Shown here in pieces: positions 9,489-19,124 of a DNA stretch of 43,174 nucleotides (position 1 is the first letter of the stretch; each line of letters begins with the position of its first letter). The notes beneath the pieces are model-generated. The model was given only the letters and a program-made list of their open reading frames with translations. It had not been told where the DNA came from and searched no databases. This stretch comes from Candidatus Nanohaloarchaea archaeon (GTDB lineage: Archaea > Nanohalarchaeota > Nanosalinia > Nanosalinales > Nanosalinaceae), in assembly GCA_046497485.1 (NCBI GenBank), contig JAWOFP010000060.1, forward strand, positions 1 through 43,174, given 5' to 3'. A program made the position numbers and the translations under genes.

Positions 9489-10543
9489 TTGAGTTCTTTA
9501 AGGAGGAAGAATATGAACCAGGCTACGCGACCGAAGACAAGATAATCTTCGGTAGCTTGGCTTTAGGAGCAGTAATGATTATAATAGGGATGATTATTTA
9601 TTCCTCAGTTTCGATCCAAATTGGAGGTCTAACGATTTTATTAGGGCTTATGACTTCAGTTCTTCCATATGGTATCATATCTTTTCTGAGAAACCGCGCG
9701 GTTACAGAGATGGAAAAGCAGTTCCCTTCGTTTCTGAAAGACTTGGCTGAGTCCAAGAGAGGAGGAATGACAATTCTAAAGTCATTTGAATCTGCGAAGG
9801 AGACAGATTATGGAAGATTAAATAGAGAGATTGATAAGGTCCATAACCAGCTATCTTGGGGTATTCCCTTCCCAATTGTGATGGAAAGATTTTCCAAGAG
9901 GTTGAAGGACTCTCCTGTAATACAGGAGTCTGTCTCAATTATTTTACAGAGCTACAAGAGTGGAGGACAGATTACAGAAACAATTGAGTCTGTGGCCGAT
10001 AATGCAACGATGCTTAAGGAAGTAATAGCAAGCAAAAATTCAATGCTTAAACAACAGCTAGTTATTATGTACGTAATTTACCTTTTATTCATAGGTATCA
10101 CGGTGGGGATCTACTTTTTGATGCAGCAACTACTAGGGCTAGGTTCTACTGATCCAGGAGCACTAGGAGCAATAGCTGAATCTGATATTATCGGTGGCGG
10201 AGGCGGAGGTAGTGGCGGTGAAGGAGGCGAAGCTATTGTAAACTGGTGTTCAGGAGATATTATGTGGGCTGAACCGTTTTGCGGTATTTCACAGGTTTTC
10301 GGATTTGTACCTGGAAATATAACTGATTTAAGCAGTGCAGCTGCAGAAGAAAGAGCTTATGGACAGATGGCTTACTATAAATCAGTCTTCTTCTCCATGC
10401 TTATGATTCAGGGAATCTGCAGTGCAGCAGTTGCAGGTCAGATAAGCGAAGGAAGTCCAAGCGCAGGAGTTAAACACGCAATGATAATGATGCCTGTAGC
10501 ATTTCTAGTATTCATGCTGGTAGTAAGGCCTATGGGGTTCTAG
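9485..10543 (+). CDS. Second T2SS F domain protein (TadC/PilC-like)
   Basis: FPSFLKDLAESKRGGM...DYGRL...LSWGIPF and C-terminal AGQISEG...GVKH. Confidence 0.92.
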   Translation: MIEFFKEEEYEPGYATEDKIIFGSLALGAVMIIIGMIIYSSVSIQIGGLTILLGLMTSVLPYGIISFLRNRAVTEMEKQFPSFLKDLAESKRGGMTILKSFESAKETDYGRLNREIDKVHNQLSWGIPFPIVMERFSKRLKDSPVIQESVSIILQSYKSGGQITETIESVADNATMLKEVIASKNSMLKQQLVIMYVIYLLFIGITVGIYFLMQQLLGLGSTDPGALGAIAESDIIGGGGGGSGGEGGEAIVNWCSGDIMWAEPFCGISQVFGFVPGNITDLSSAAAEERAYGQMAYYKSVFFSMLMIQGICSAAVAGQISEGSPSAGVKHAMIMMPVAFLVFMLVVRPMGF

Positions 10544-10545
10544 CT

Positions 10546-11358
10546 ATGAAAGGGCAGACTACACTGGAGTTTGTTGGAAGCGCGTTATTCTTTATTTTAG
10601 TAATCTTAGGAGTTTTTACTTTAACTGCAGACCAAATACCACAGTTCTATGATACTACGGAAGTAGCTGAAAAGAATTTAGAGGCCAAATATTTGACTGA
10701 TCACCTTTTAACATCAAATCACAGCAGTGAATCAGGACTCGTCAATGAGTATATGCATGTAGATAAAGACTATATAGAAAATGATATTGCAACGGCTAGC
10801 TCATCTAAATATAATAATACTCAGTTAACTAGAGATTTAGGCCTTGAAAACCGTTTTAATATTCGTTTTACATGGTATCCTGTTGTTGAGACTGATAAGA
10901 CATTTACTAGGACCTATCCTCCGACAATAGACGGCGAAACTGTTAAAGAACCTAGTAATGAATATTCTAACGCAGGCAATAGGGTTCATTATGGCAATAT
11001 TACTTTAAGCGGAAGCGAGGAACAATTTCTAGTGACTTCAGATGATGGAGATTATGTTAATGTCTATCATCACAGTGATGAGAACTGGGATTTCCGTACA
11101 AATCCTGACCAAGAAGGAGATATAATTGATACAACTAATGCAGGCGACTTTAGGATAGAGGCTATTCAGAACAGGCCTGATACTCCTGGGGCTTCAATAG
11201 TTCTCAGTAGGCCTATTGAGTTCTCTGATGGACGAACTTACTTTGGCTCCAGCCAGAACACTACGGAAGGAGATGTGATCAAGCTAACGAGGTATCCTGT
11301 ATTAGATGATCCTGACAGCAGCAATGAACTTGCGAAGATGGAGGTTTTAGTATGGTAA
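10546..11358 (+). CDS. Minor pilin-like protein
   Basis: MKG|QTTLEFVGSALFFILVILG (Q at +1, E at +5). Confidence 0.8.
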   Translation: MKGQTTLEFVGSALFFILVILGVFTLTADQIPQFYDTTEVAEKNLEAKYLTDHLLTSNHSSESGLVNEYMHVDKDYIENDIATASSSKYNNTQLTRDLGLENRFNIRFTWYPVVETDKTFTRTYPPTIDGETVKEPSNEYSNAGNRVHYGNITLSGSEEQFLVTSDDGDYVNVYHHSDENWDFRTNPDQEGDIIDTTNAGDFRIEAIQNRPDTPGASIVLSRPIEFSDGRTYFGSSQNTTEGDVIKLTRYPVLDDPDSSNELAKMEVLVW

Positions 11359-13154
11359 AAGGCTTAGGCTATGCTTTAGAGGCGATAGTAGCAATGCTGA
11401 CGATACTTTTATTCAGTCTAGGAGCCCTTCAAATCTCTGGACCCGATCAGGACTGGAGCAACTATCAGAGAGAAGTAGCAGCCCATGATCTTACTTATTC
11501 TATGGAAGCAACTGGTCATACTGAGGCCTTTATGAAAAGAAGTGAAACTGGTTCGTTGCAGACATCTATGACGACTATTTCCGATAGAGATATGGAGGTT
11601 TCAGGCCTTCTATCTCAGTTACCTGTAAATGAGCTTCGAGTCGGTTACTATACTTTGATTGATGATCGGAAGAGCCAGACACTGAGTACTGTGGATTCAG
11701 GCGATCCATGTGAAGGAGATCTAGATGAGTTGGAGGATTTCTCTTCTGATCCTATAATCAAAACCGAAGGTAACTTGGAATCTGTCCATAATGTCACACT
11801 ATATTTCGGGAATACGAACTCTACGTCCTCAACGCAGAGAGCAGGATATGATGCATTATGGGTGGATAACGGGACAGAGTGCCAGTTTGGGGCCGATGAA
11901 GGACCATATTATCTAGATGAAATATTTTTCTGGGGAGATAAAGATACATCATTTAGAAATGACTACTATGATTTCAAATCAATTGAATGGGATGGTGGTT
12001 CAGGATCATCAGAATTTTATAATGCGACACAGCCAGTTAATCTGACAAATTCTATGATGCCAGGCCCTAATGGAATTAAAACAGATATCAGTATGGATAT
12101 GGTTGATGTATCAGGCCTCGAATCAGAGACATTTGATATCGCTGTTTTCAGAGAAAACGATGCTTTAGGAGAGGTAGTCGGAGATTATGATTTAATGCAG
12201 GACTTGGTTCAGGAAGGCTCAGTAATGTTTATGATGGATTTACAGCAAAATGATATTACAAACTATGACTTCCTTGATAATACAGGCATCTCATGGATGG
12301 ATCTAGGATATCAGGGAGGTTATTCTGGCGGCGAAACCGATGCAGCTTTTTCAACGGAATCAGACTCAATCAAAGTTGATACATATTATACGGGACTGGA
12401 AGGGTCAGATAGTTTCAAGATGAGTCCTCCAGGAAAAGTAATCTCTAACACCTCTGAGGATTTGAGGCCTTCCAGAACAATTTACTCTAATACTGAAAGA
12501 TATGATTCTTCAGATTGGCAGAGAAATGATACAGATATGACAAATATCACAGATCACCCTGATAAACCTGATAGTCAGTGCTACAGCAACTTTGATGATT
12601 CTTCTGAATATCCATTGTCTGAAGGTGAAATAGATTTCCCGAATGGTAACACAGTTGGAGTTCTAAGCGCGAAGCTAGGGAGTAATAATCAGGCCTGCAA
12701 CAATTTAATTGAGAGAGGCCTGAAATTTGATTTCAACGATGACGGAGATTATGAGTCTGATCTATACCTGAATGGGGAAAATGTTGAAATCAGCGGAATT
12801 GAATATTTCATTGAAGCCAACAAAGATCCTAACACTAACTCCGGTTGCAGTCACTGGGGAGATTGTGCCAACTTCATTCCTTCAATAAGAGATAGTGGAG
12901 ACTTTGTAGAATTAATGATTACTCGTGACAGATTCCAAGATATGAGCGGTAATAGATTTGCTTTAACAGGTTACCAAAATCCTTACAGTGAAGATCAGAA
13001 CAAGGCTATTGCTTCTACAATGTTCTGGCTAGCACAAACTGAACAAACTTTTGAGGGAACAGAGGATCCTAGTAATATTGATTCAAGGTCATTTGGAAGT
13101 ATTGATGGTTCTGCCTATCTGCCGTATAATCTTGATTTGAGGTGGTCGGATTGA
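11352..13154 (+). CDS. Large pilin-like/adhesin protein (600 aa)
   Basis: MVKG|LGYALEAIVAMLTILLF followed by a large acidic Cys-containing ectodomain. Confidence 0.75.
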   Translation: MVKGLGYALEAIVAMLTILLFSLGALQISGPDQDWSNYQREVAAHDLTYSMEATGHTEAFMKRSETGSLQTSMTTISDRDMEVSGLLSQLPVNELRVGYYTLIDDRKSQTLSTVDSGDPCEGDLDELEDFSSDPIIKTEGNLESVHNVTLYFGNTNSTSSTQRAGYDALWVDNGTECQFGADEGPYYLDEIFFWGDKDTSFRNDYYDFKSIEWDGGSGSSEFYNATQPVNLTNSMMPGPNGIKTDISMDMVDVSGLESETFDIAVFRENDALGEVVGDYDLMQDLVQEGSVMFMMDLQQNDITNYDFLDNTGISWMDLGYQGGYSGGETDAAFSTESDSIKVDTYYTGLEGSDSFKMSPPGKVISNTSEDLRPSRTIYSNTERYDSSDWQRNDTDMTNITDHPDKPDSQCYSNFDDSSEYPLSEGEIDFPNGNTVGVLSAKLGSNNQACNNLIERGLKFDFNDDGDYESDLYLNGENVEISGIEYFIEANKDPNTNSGCSHWGDCANFIPSIRDSGDFVELMITRDRFQDMSGNRFALTGYQNPYSEDQNKAIASTMFWLAQTEQTFEGTEDPSNIDSRSFGSIDGSAYLPYNLDLRWSD

Positions 13155-13462
13155 AAGGGCAGTTCATGGTGGTTTCTGCAGTTATCGGAGGTCTCATAAT
13201 GATCTCGCTTGGGTCTGTTATATCGGAAGTTGAGTCCCAGACATTTGAGCCGGAAGATACTCAGCACCAGTTTAGCTATATTGAGAGGGAAGCAGATGAA
13301 ATTTATGAAGGAGGAACGCCTTCCAATGTTGAACAAGAGAATTTTGTTGATTTAGTGAACGAGTTAGATTATAGGAGTGGTGTAGAGTTTGGAGCAGATC
13401 ATGTCAATGTAACGCTAGAGAGTCCTGGCGAAACCTATAGGCTTCAAAGACTGGGAGATTAA
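13151..13462 (+). CDS. Small pilin-like protein
   Basis: Probable TTG start overlapping the upstream TGA, giving MKG|QFMVVSAVIGGLIMISLG. Confidence 0.75.
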   Translation: MKGQFMVVSAVIGGLIMISLGSVISEVESQTFEPEDTQHQFSYIEREADEIYEGGTPSNVEQENFVDLVNELDYRSGVEFGADHVNVTLESPGETYRLQRLGD

Positions 13463-14643
13463 AACTTCTTCATTAATTCTATTTCCTTCTCTTCTAGGCC
13501 TAACTCCTCAATAGTATCTTCATTTGAAGTGATAATTTCTCTATATAGCGGCATTGAGTTAATAGCGTCTCTCTGTGAGATATGGAGATTTTCTCCAAGT
13601 TTAGAAGTTAGTGAGTCCATTCTGTTTCTTGAAGCGTGGCTTGAACCCATCTTCTTAATCTTTGAAGGATACTGATACTTTGTCCAGCCATCATATTTCT
13701 CATCCTTGCTTAAAGCCACTCCAACTGTCAAGTATTCGTACATGTACTTCATCAGACTCCAAGACATTCTTTTCCTGATTCTACCGGAAAATAGATCGGC
13801 TTTAGAAACCCATTCATAGGCCTCGGCCGTATCCTCTTTCTTCTTGTATTCTCGCGGCACGTTCTCTCTTATCCACTGCATGAATGTGTCTGCGTCCTCA
13901 TCCAAGTTATCTGAGGCCTGACGAGCGTTCTGAATATTAGTTGTCTTGAATATGATTTTCAGTGCATCAAATATCTCCTGCTCAGAATCTCTCTGATCCA
14001 ATGATTCTAAATCTTCTTTAGTCAGTTTATCTTTTCCAAGAGCGACTGACTCTAGATCGTTTATGGCTGAGCGCATCTGTCCACCTGCTCTTCTTGCAAT
14101 TTTCTTTACAGCTCTTTCATCAAACTCTATTTCTTCCTGCTCTAGAATCCATTTCAGGTGAGCATTTATTGAATTAGTGTGAACAGATCCTAGCTCAATA
14201 ACTTTTGACATGTTCTTCAGATCACGGATCTTGGATTCATATGCATCGTTCGCAGTCATTATCACAGGAAAACGGCTTTCTGAGACAATCTCTTTTAACT
14301 CGGCGGCTCCGCCTCTATCGGCTCGGCCCATACCATCAATCTCGTCAATTAAAATCAATTTATTTTTCCCAAAGAATGAGGCCTGACGTGTAGCTTCCTT
14401 TAACTCTGATTTCAGGCTTTTCTTGGTTCTTACATCTGACGCATTGGTCTCAACAAGCTCTAAATCTAAGTCTTTGGCTAGAGCCTCGGCCATAGAAGTC
14501 TTTCCGGTACCGGCTTGGCCGTGAAGAAGGACAGATTTATCTCCTTGACTCCAGTTCTCCGCCCACTTCTTTAACTTTTTCTTCTCTTTCTTTGCGCCTC
14601 TATAGTCTTCTAAGCTTTCAGGCCTGTATTTTTGAACCCACAT
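13459..14643 (-). CDS. rfcL: Replication factor C large subunit
   Basis: WVQKYRP, GQAGTGKT, ETNASDVR and LIDEIDG motifs, downstream of rfcS. Confidence 0.95.
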   Translation of the reverse strand: MWVQKYRPESLEDYRGAKKEKKKLKKWAENWSQGDKSVLLHGQAGTGKTSMAEALAKDLDLELVETNASDVRTKKSLKSELKEATRQASFFGKNKLILIDEIDGMGRADRGGAAELKEIVSESRFPVIMTANDAYESKIRDLKNMSKVIELGSVHTNSINAHLKWILEQEEIEFDERAVKKIARRAGGQMRSAINDLESVALGKDKLTKEDLESLDQRDSEQEIFDALKIIFKTTNIQNARQASDNLDEDADTFMQWIRENVPREYKKKEDTAEAYEWVSKADLFSGRIRKRMSWSLMKYMYEYLTVGVALSKDEKYDGWTKYQYPSKIKKMGSSHASRNRMDSLTSKLGENLHISQRDAINSMPLYREIITSNEDTIEELGLEEKEIELMKKF

Positions 14644-14646
14644 AAT

Positions 14647-15597
14647 CTATTGTGCTCCAAGTGCTGCGATTTTTGCAAGAAGTGCTTCAATCTGGATGTC
14701 GCTGGATGCTCCTTCTGTAATCCTGAACTCAAACTCTCCTAGAGCCTCCATAACTTCAAGCTTCTGCTTATCCTCTAAATCTAAATCATAAATTTCTCTG
14801 TGGACTGAAGAGATTACATCCTGGCCGTCTAGGCCTCTATCAATCATTAGGTCGGAGAGTTCTTCACGGGCTTCCATGAACCTGCCTGAGAGGCTTTTCT
14901 CCATTATGTCTTTAATTTCTTCAGGTCTTAGAGATGCTGCAACGCTGTAGACATCTTCTTCCTCGATCTCATCTGTTGAGATTGCTGCGGTCTGTAGTAC
15001 ATTGGTGACTCTTCTGAGATCTCCGTTTGAGACCCTCATTACCGCATTGACTGCGTCCTCCGAGATTTTGAAGTCTTCTGAAGTTCCGAGTCTTTCGATA
15101 TAGTTTTTGACATGTTCTTCGTCCAGGTTGTTGAACCTAAATACTGCGCATCTGGACTGAATTGGGTCAATGATTTTGCTGGAGTAGTTGCAGCTCATTA
15201 TGAAACGACAGTTACTGGAAAACTGCTCCATAGTCCTTCTCAAGGCCTGTTGCGCATCGCTTGTCAATGAGTCTGCTTCGTCTAGAAATATAATTTTGTA
15301 TTCTGCGTTGATTGGTTTGGTCCTAGCAAAGTCCTTGATTTTTTCTCTTACTACATCGATTCCTCTCTCATCGGAGGCATTTGTTTCCATAAAATTCTGT
15401 TTCCATTCATCTCCGTAGAGATCTTTCGCCAATGCGATTGCGGAAGTCGTCTTACCGGTTCCCGGAGGACCAGCAAACAGCATATGAGGGACTGACTCCT
15501 CTTCAACAAATGCTTTCAGCCTTTCAACTATTGCTTCCTGCCCGACAACTTCATCCAGTGTATCAGGCCTATGCTTCTCAGTCCAGACATCTATCAT
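14647..15597 (-). CDS. rfcS: Replication factor C small subunit
   Basis: The true start is ATG 15597 (MIDVWTEKHRP). GPPGTGKT, NASDERG, DEAD and SRC motifs. No intein. Confidence 0.97.
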   Translation of the reverse strand: MIDVWTEKHRPDTLDEVVGQEAIVERLKAFVEEESVPHMLFAGPPGTGKTTSAIALAKDLYGDEWKQNFMETNASDERGIDVVREKIKDFARTKPINAEYKIIFLDEADSLTSDAQQALRRTMEQFSSNCRFIMSCNYSSKIIDPIQSRCAVFRFNNLDEEHVKNYIERLGTSEDFKISEDAVNAVMRVSNGDLRRVTNVLQTAAISTDEIEEEDVYSVAASLRPEEIKDIMEKSLSGRFMEAREELSDLMIDRGLDGQDVISSVHREIYDLDLEDKQKLEVMEALGEFEFRITEGASSDIQIEALLAKIAALGAQ

Positions 15598-15649
15598 ATC
15601 TAAATTTGAGTTGGTGAAGCTTTTATTCCTTTCAAATCCAGTACCTTGT

Positions 15650-16120
15650 ATGAGAATAGGTATCACAGGAATGCCTGGAACAGGGAAAACAAGTGTGGCT
15701 GAGAAACTAGATAGAGAAGTTATCTCGATCAAGGAGTTCGCGAAAGAGAGAGGCCTCGGTGATGAAAAGGATTTATTTGAAGTTGATGTTGAAGCTGTTA
15801 AGGATGAGCTGCCGAAGGATTGCTGGGTTGAAGGCCATCTTGCCCACAAAGTTGGTGTAGATTACTGTATAGTTCTACGGACGAGACCCGATATACTTGA
15901 GGAAAGACTGAAGAAGAGAAATTATAGTGAGGAAAAGATTGAGGAGAATCTTGAAGCTGAAAAAATGGATTTAATTCTAAGCGAGGCGTTCGAAAACTGC
16001 AAAATATATGAAATAGATACTACTGAGAAATCAGTTGAGGAAACTGTTGAGGAAATTGAAGAAGCAGTGAAGAATAAGGAAAGTAAATATGCGATTTGCG
16101 ACTGGTCAAGCTTTTTCTAG
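15650..16120 (+). CDS. Adenylate kinase, AK6/Fap7-type
   Basis: Start ATG 15650. ITGMPGTGKT P-loop, VEGH motif and LEERLKKRNYSEEKIEEN. Confidence 0.88.
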   Translation: MRIGITGMPGTGKTSVAEKLDREVISIKEFAKERGLGDEKDLFEVDVEAVKDELPKDCWVEGHLAHKVGVDYCIVLRTRPDILEERLKKRNYSEEKIEENLEAEKMDLILSEAFENCKIYEIDTTEKSVEETVEEIEEAVKNKESKYAICDWSSFF

Positions 16121-16428
16121 GCCTTTTCCTCTATCCAGGTCTTTAATTGGTCCTTGTTCATAAGACCTGATTTCCGTGCTACTTCCTCTCCGTCTTTCAG
16201 GATTAGAAGTGTCGGTAAGGCTCTGACCCCCATTTTTCCGCCAAGCTGCTGGTACTCCTCCATATCAACTTTCCCAAATTTCACATTTTCTACTTCTTCG
16301 CTTGCTTCCTCAAAATGAGGGGCCATCTTCTTGCACGGTCCGCACCATTCAGCCCAGAAATCAACTACCCAAGTATCACCTGAGTCCATCGCTTCCTGAA
16401 GGCCTTCTTCATCTAGTTCTGTTGGCAT
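16117..16428 (-). CDS. trxA: Thioredoxin
   Basis: DFWAEWCGPCK active site. Confidence 0.96.
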   Translation of the reverse strand: MPTELDEEGLQEAMDSGDTWVVDFWAEWCGPCKKMAPHFEEASEEVENVKFGKVDMEEYQQLGGKMGVRALPTLLILKDGEEVARKSGLMNKDQLKTWIEEKA

Positions 16429-16480
16429 TAGTTGAAAACACCTCTTGTGTTTTCGGCTTCACGAAAATTTGTAATTTTCA

Positions 16481-17302
16481 TCATTGTTCCTCCATGAATA
16501 TTGTTCTTATTGGGTAAGGAATATCAATGTCCTCATCATCGTAATACTCCTTGACTTTCTGAGTGACTTCAGATGAAGCTGCTACAAGTGATGCTCTTGA
16601 GGGCTTTGTCCAGCCTCTCAGTTTTATATCTACTGAGGAACCTCCAAGCTCTGATACAAGTACTTGAGGATCTTGATGATCTGAAACTTTTTCAGAGTCT
16701 TCTAAGGCCTCGATTGCCTTGTCCTTAGCCTTTTCTATATCGTCGTCATAACTTATTCCGACTACTACATCAAATCTTCTCTCATCATAAGCTGTATTGT
16801 TCACAACAGTGTCGTTGTAGAGCTTGGAGTTAGGGACAATTACCTTTCTCCCATCATAGGTCTTAACATCTGTTGCTCTGATTTTAATATCCTGTACTGT
16901 TCCTGATTCGTCTCCGACGGTTATCTGATCGCCCACTTTAAAAGGCCTGGTAGCGAGAATTAAGATTCCTGAGAAGAAGTTCGCTATCATATCTTTCAAA
17001 GCGAATGAAATACCTAATCCGATAAGGCCTACTGCACCTGCTAGAGCTGATAGCGGGAAGCCAAATACGCCTAGAACTGCCACAATTGTTAATGGATAAA
17101 TTATGTATGATGTAAGTTTCTTCCCTGTCACAGCTGCGTGTGGGTCTCCGCCTCTACGCTTGACTGTTCTCTCCACCATCAGGTTTGAGAATTTGTTTGC
17201 AAAGTATCCGAGGAAGAATACTCCGGCTGCAAATACTATTGTTAAAGTACTGATTTGGATTCCATAAGCGCCTACACTCCCATTTATCTGTTCTAAAACC
17301 AT
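16481..17302 (-). CDS. mscS: Small-conductance mechanosensitive channel
   Basis: GLGISFALKDMIANFFSG, RPFKVGDQI and VPNSKL motifs. Confidence 0.95.
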   Translation of the reverse strand: MVLEQINGSVGAYGIQISTLTIVFAAGVFFLGYFANKFSNLMVERTVKRRGGDPHAAVTGKKLTSYIIYPLTIVAVLGVFGFPLSALAGAVGLIGLGISFALKDMIANFFSGILILATRPFKVGDQITVGDESGTVQDIKIRATDVKTYDGRKVIVPNSKLYNDTVVNNTAYDERRFDVVVGISYDDDIEKAKDKAIEALEDSEKVSDHQDPQVLVSELGGSSVDIKLRGWTKPSRASLVAASSEVTQKVKEYYDDEDIDIPYPIRTIFMEEQ

Positions 17303-17366
17303 TATTTAATCACAGTTTATTCTTCCCTACAATTGTTATTAAAGATTCGAACTAACTTCTCTGGAT

Positions 17367-18242
17367 ATGTACTCACGATTCCAGGCCTTAGGAAAGTATG
17401 ACTTAGATAAGCTGCAGGATTCGACTGCAGCAGTTATAGGCTTAGGAGCGACAGGTTCGGTAATAGCAGAGCATCTGGCCAGACATGGGATCAATCTCAT
17501 ATTGATTGATAGAGACTACTTGGAGATGAACGATCTCTATTCATCAAACCTCTATTCAAAAGATCAGTGTGAAAATTCTCTTCCAAAGGCAAAAGCAGCG
17601 GAAGAAAAACTCTCAGAATTAACTGAAGTCAAGGCATTAGTGGAAAATGTTGACTCTGCAAGTATCGGAGAATTAGATGTGGATATAATCCTGGATGGCA
17701 CTGACAATATGGAAACAAGGCTAGTGATAGAAGAATTTTCCAAGGAAAATAATGCTCCGTGGATCTATACTTCTGCGCTCGACCAGAGAGGATTCTCAAT
17801 GTTTATACAAGAAGAATGCTTTAACTGTATGTTTCAGGACCTTAATCCTAGCTCAAGCTGTGAAACGGATGGTGTTATGAGAGGGGTTTCTTCGATTGCT
17901 GCCTCTACCGCTGCTTTGAAAGCAGTAAAATATCTTTCAGGCTTGGAAGTTGATGAAAAGCTGGAGATGCTGCCGGATAAAAAATCGTTCGAACCGGTCG
18001 AATGTAGCTGCGAGAAATTTGAGATTAAGGCTTCTTCAGTGTGCGGAGATGGAAAATATCAGGTTTTCGGTGATAAGAGGCCTGAGGATTTCAGTGAAAA
18101 TGTATTAGTGGAGAATGAGTATCTGAGAAAGATTGAGTATGAAGGAAAGGAATTAACTGTTTTTAATTCTGGCAGAGCTATAGTTCATGCGGATTCAGAG
18201 AACGATGCTGAACGCGTCTACAGAGAGGCCTCCAGTATTTAA
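17367..18242 (+). CDS. ThiF/MoeB/HesA (E1-like) adenylyltransferase
   Basis: VIGLGATGS, IDRDYLE, DGTDN and CFNC motifs. Confidence 0.88.
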   Translation: MYSRFQALGKYDLDKLQDSTAAVIGLGATGSVIAEHLARHGINLILIDRDYLEMNDLYSSNLYSKDQCENSLPKAKAAEEKLSELTEVKALVENVDSASIGELDVDIILDGTDNMETRLVIEEFSKENNAPWIYTSALDQRGFSMFIQEECFNCMFQDLNPSSSCETDGVMRGVSSIAASTAALKAVKYLSGLEVDEKLEMLPDKKSFEPVECSCEKFEIKASSVCGDGKYQVFGDKRPEDFSENVLVENEYLRKIEYEGKELTVFNSGRAIVHADSENDAERVYREASSI

Positions 18243-18266
18243 ACCGGAGAATGTAAATTTGTATTA

Positions 18267-19091
18267 ATGGATTTGGAAGTAGATTACATTGAGTATGGGC
18301 TTCAGACTGCTTTCGCTGTTATCGCTATGTCCATGCTGTTAATGGTTGAGCCCGGTAATCATTCGACTTATGTTTTCATGTTAGGCCTTCCATTATTGTT
18401 CGGGCATACAGCATTTATCTCTAAATCCGAGTTCAATAAGGCCTCACTGGCTTCAGCCATAGCATTATTTTACGCGCCTATCAGCATGTTTATGGCTGCG
18501 ATGGCGGCAACCATCTTTCTATGCAATAACTTTATCTCAGTCTTTACTGTCAGTGATAGCTTTAGAGCTCATTATTCCTCTACAGCAATACCATTGATTA
18601 TGACAGGCCTCGTAATAGGCTCCGGAATCACAGGTTATTCCTATTTGAACCCTAGCTTTGAATCGGAGATAGAATCAAAGACTGTAGAAACAGGCACACA
18701 GGTTACAATGGAGTCAATAGAAGCTTCAGGCCTGGCTAATCAGAATCAGGGAAATGAAGAACTTGAATCTCTAATTAATATGACGGTTGCATCTACTCAG
18801 GCTTATGTAGTTCAGAACTACGCGGAGAATGCAGAAAGTCCTGAGACTCAGGTTTTGCAGGAAAGCTTTGAAGGAGCTGAATCCGAGATAATAAACAATC
18901 TAGAGAGTGAAGGAGATCAACCTGATATGGAGGGAAGAGTATCCACTATGTTGGAAAGCCTGATCTCAGGGAAGATAATCCTTATCGCAATCCCGTTCTC
19001 AATAATGTTTCTTTACGCCTTACAGCCGATCTTAGGCCTACTGACAGCGCTGTTCGGAAAAATATTTAGAGTCATTGAAGGCAGATTTTGA
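18267..19091 (+). CDS. Hypothetical multi-pass membrane protein
   Basis: Several hydrophobic helices plus an acidic loop. Confidence 0.7.
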   Translation: MDLEVDYIEYGLQTAFAVIAMSMLLMVEPGNHSTYVFMLGLPLLFGHTAFISKSEFNKASLASAIALFYAPISMFMAAMAATIFLCNNFISVFTVSDSFRAHYSSTAIPLIMTGLVIGSGITGYSYLNPSFESEIESKTVETGTQVTMESIEASGLANQNQGNEELESLINMTVASTQAYVVQNYAENAESPETQVLQESFEGAESEIINNLESEGDQPDMEGRVSTMLESLISGKIILIAIPFSIMFLYALQPILGLLTALFGKIFRVIEGRF

Positions 19092-19124
19092 AGAGATTAA
19101 AAACTAATCTCCCATCTAAATAGT

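Noticed and set aside
4725..13462. Archaellum operon
   Set aside because: No FlaH, FlaF/G or FlaC/D/E is recognisable. Two separate TadB/C-type genes and many minor pilins indicate a pilus.
15598..15849. N-terminal extension of RfcS in the ORF track (similarly the extended starts at 3974, 15611, 28386, 31531, 31616 and 34514)
   Set aside because: The extensions overlap divergent genes or promoters, and family-typical N-termini begin at downstream ATGs.
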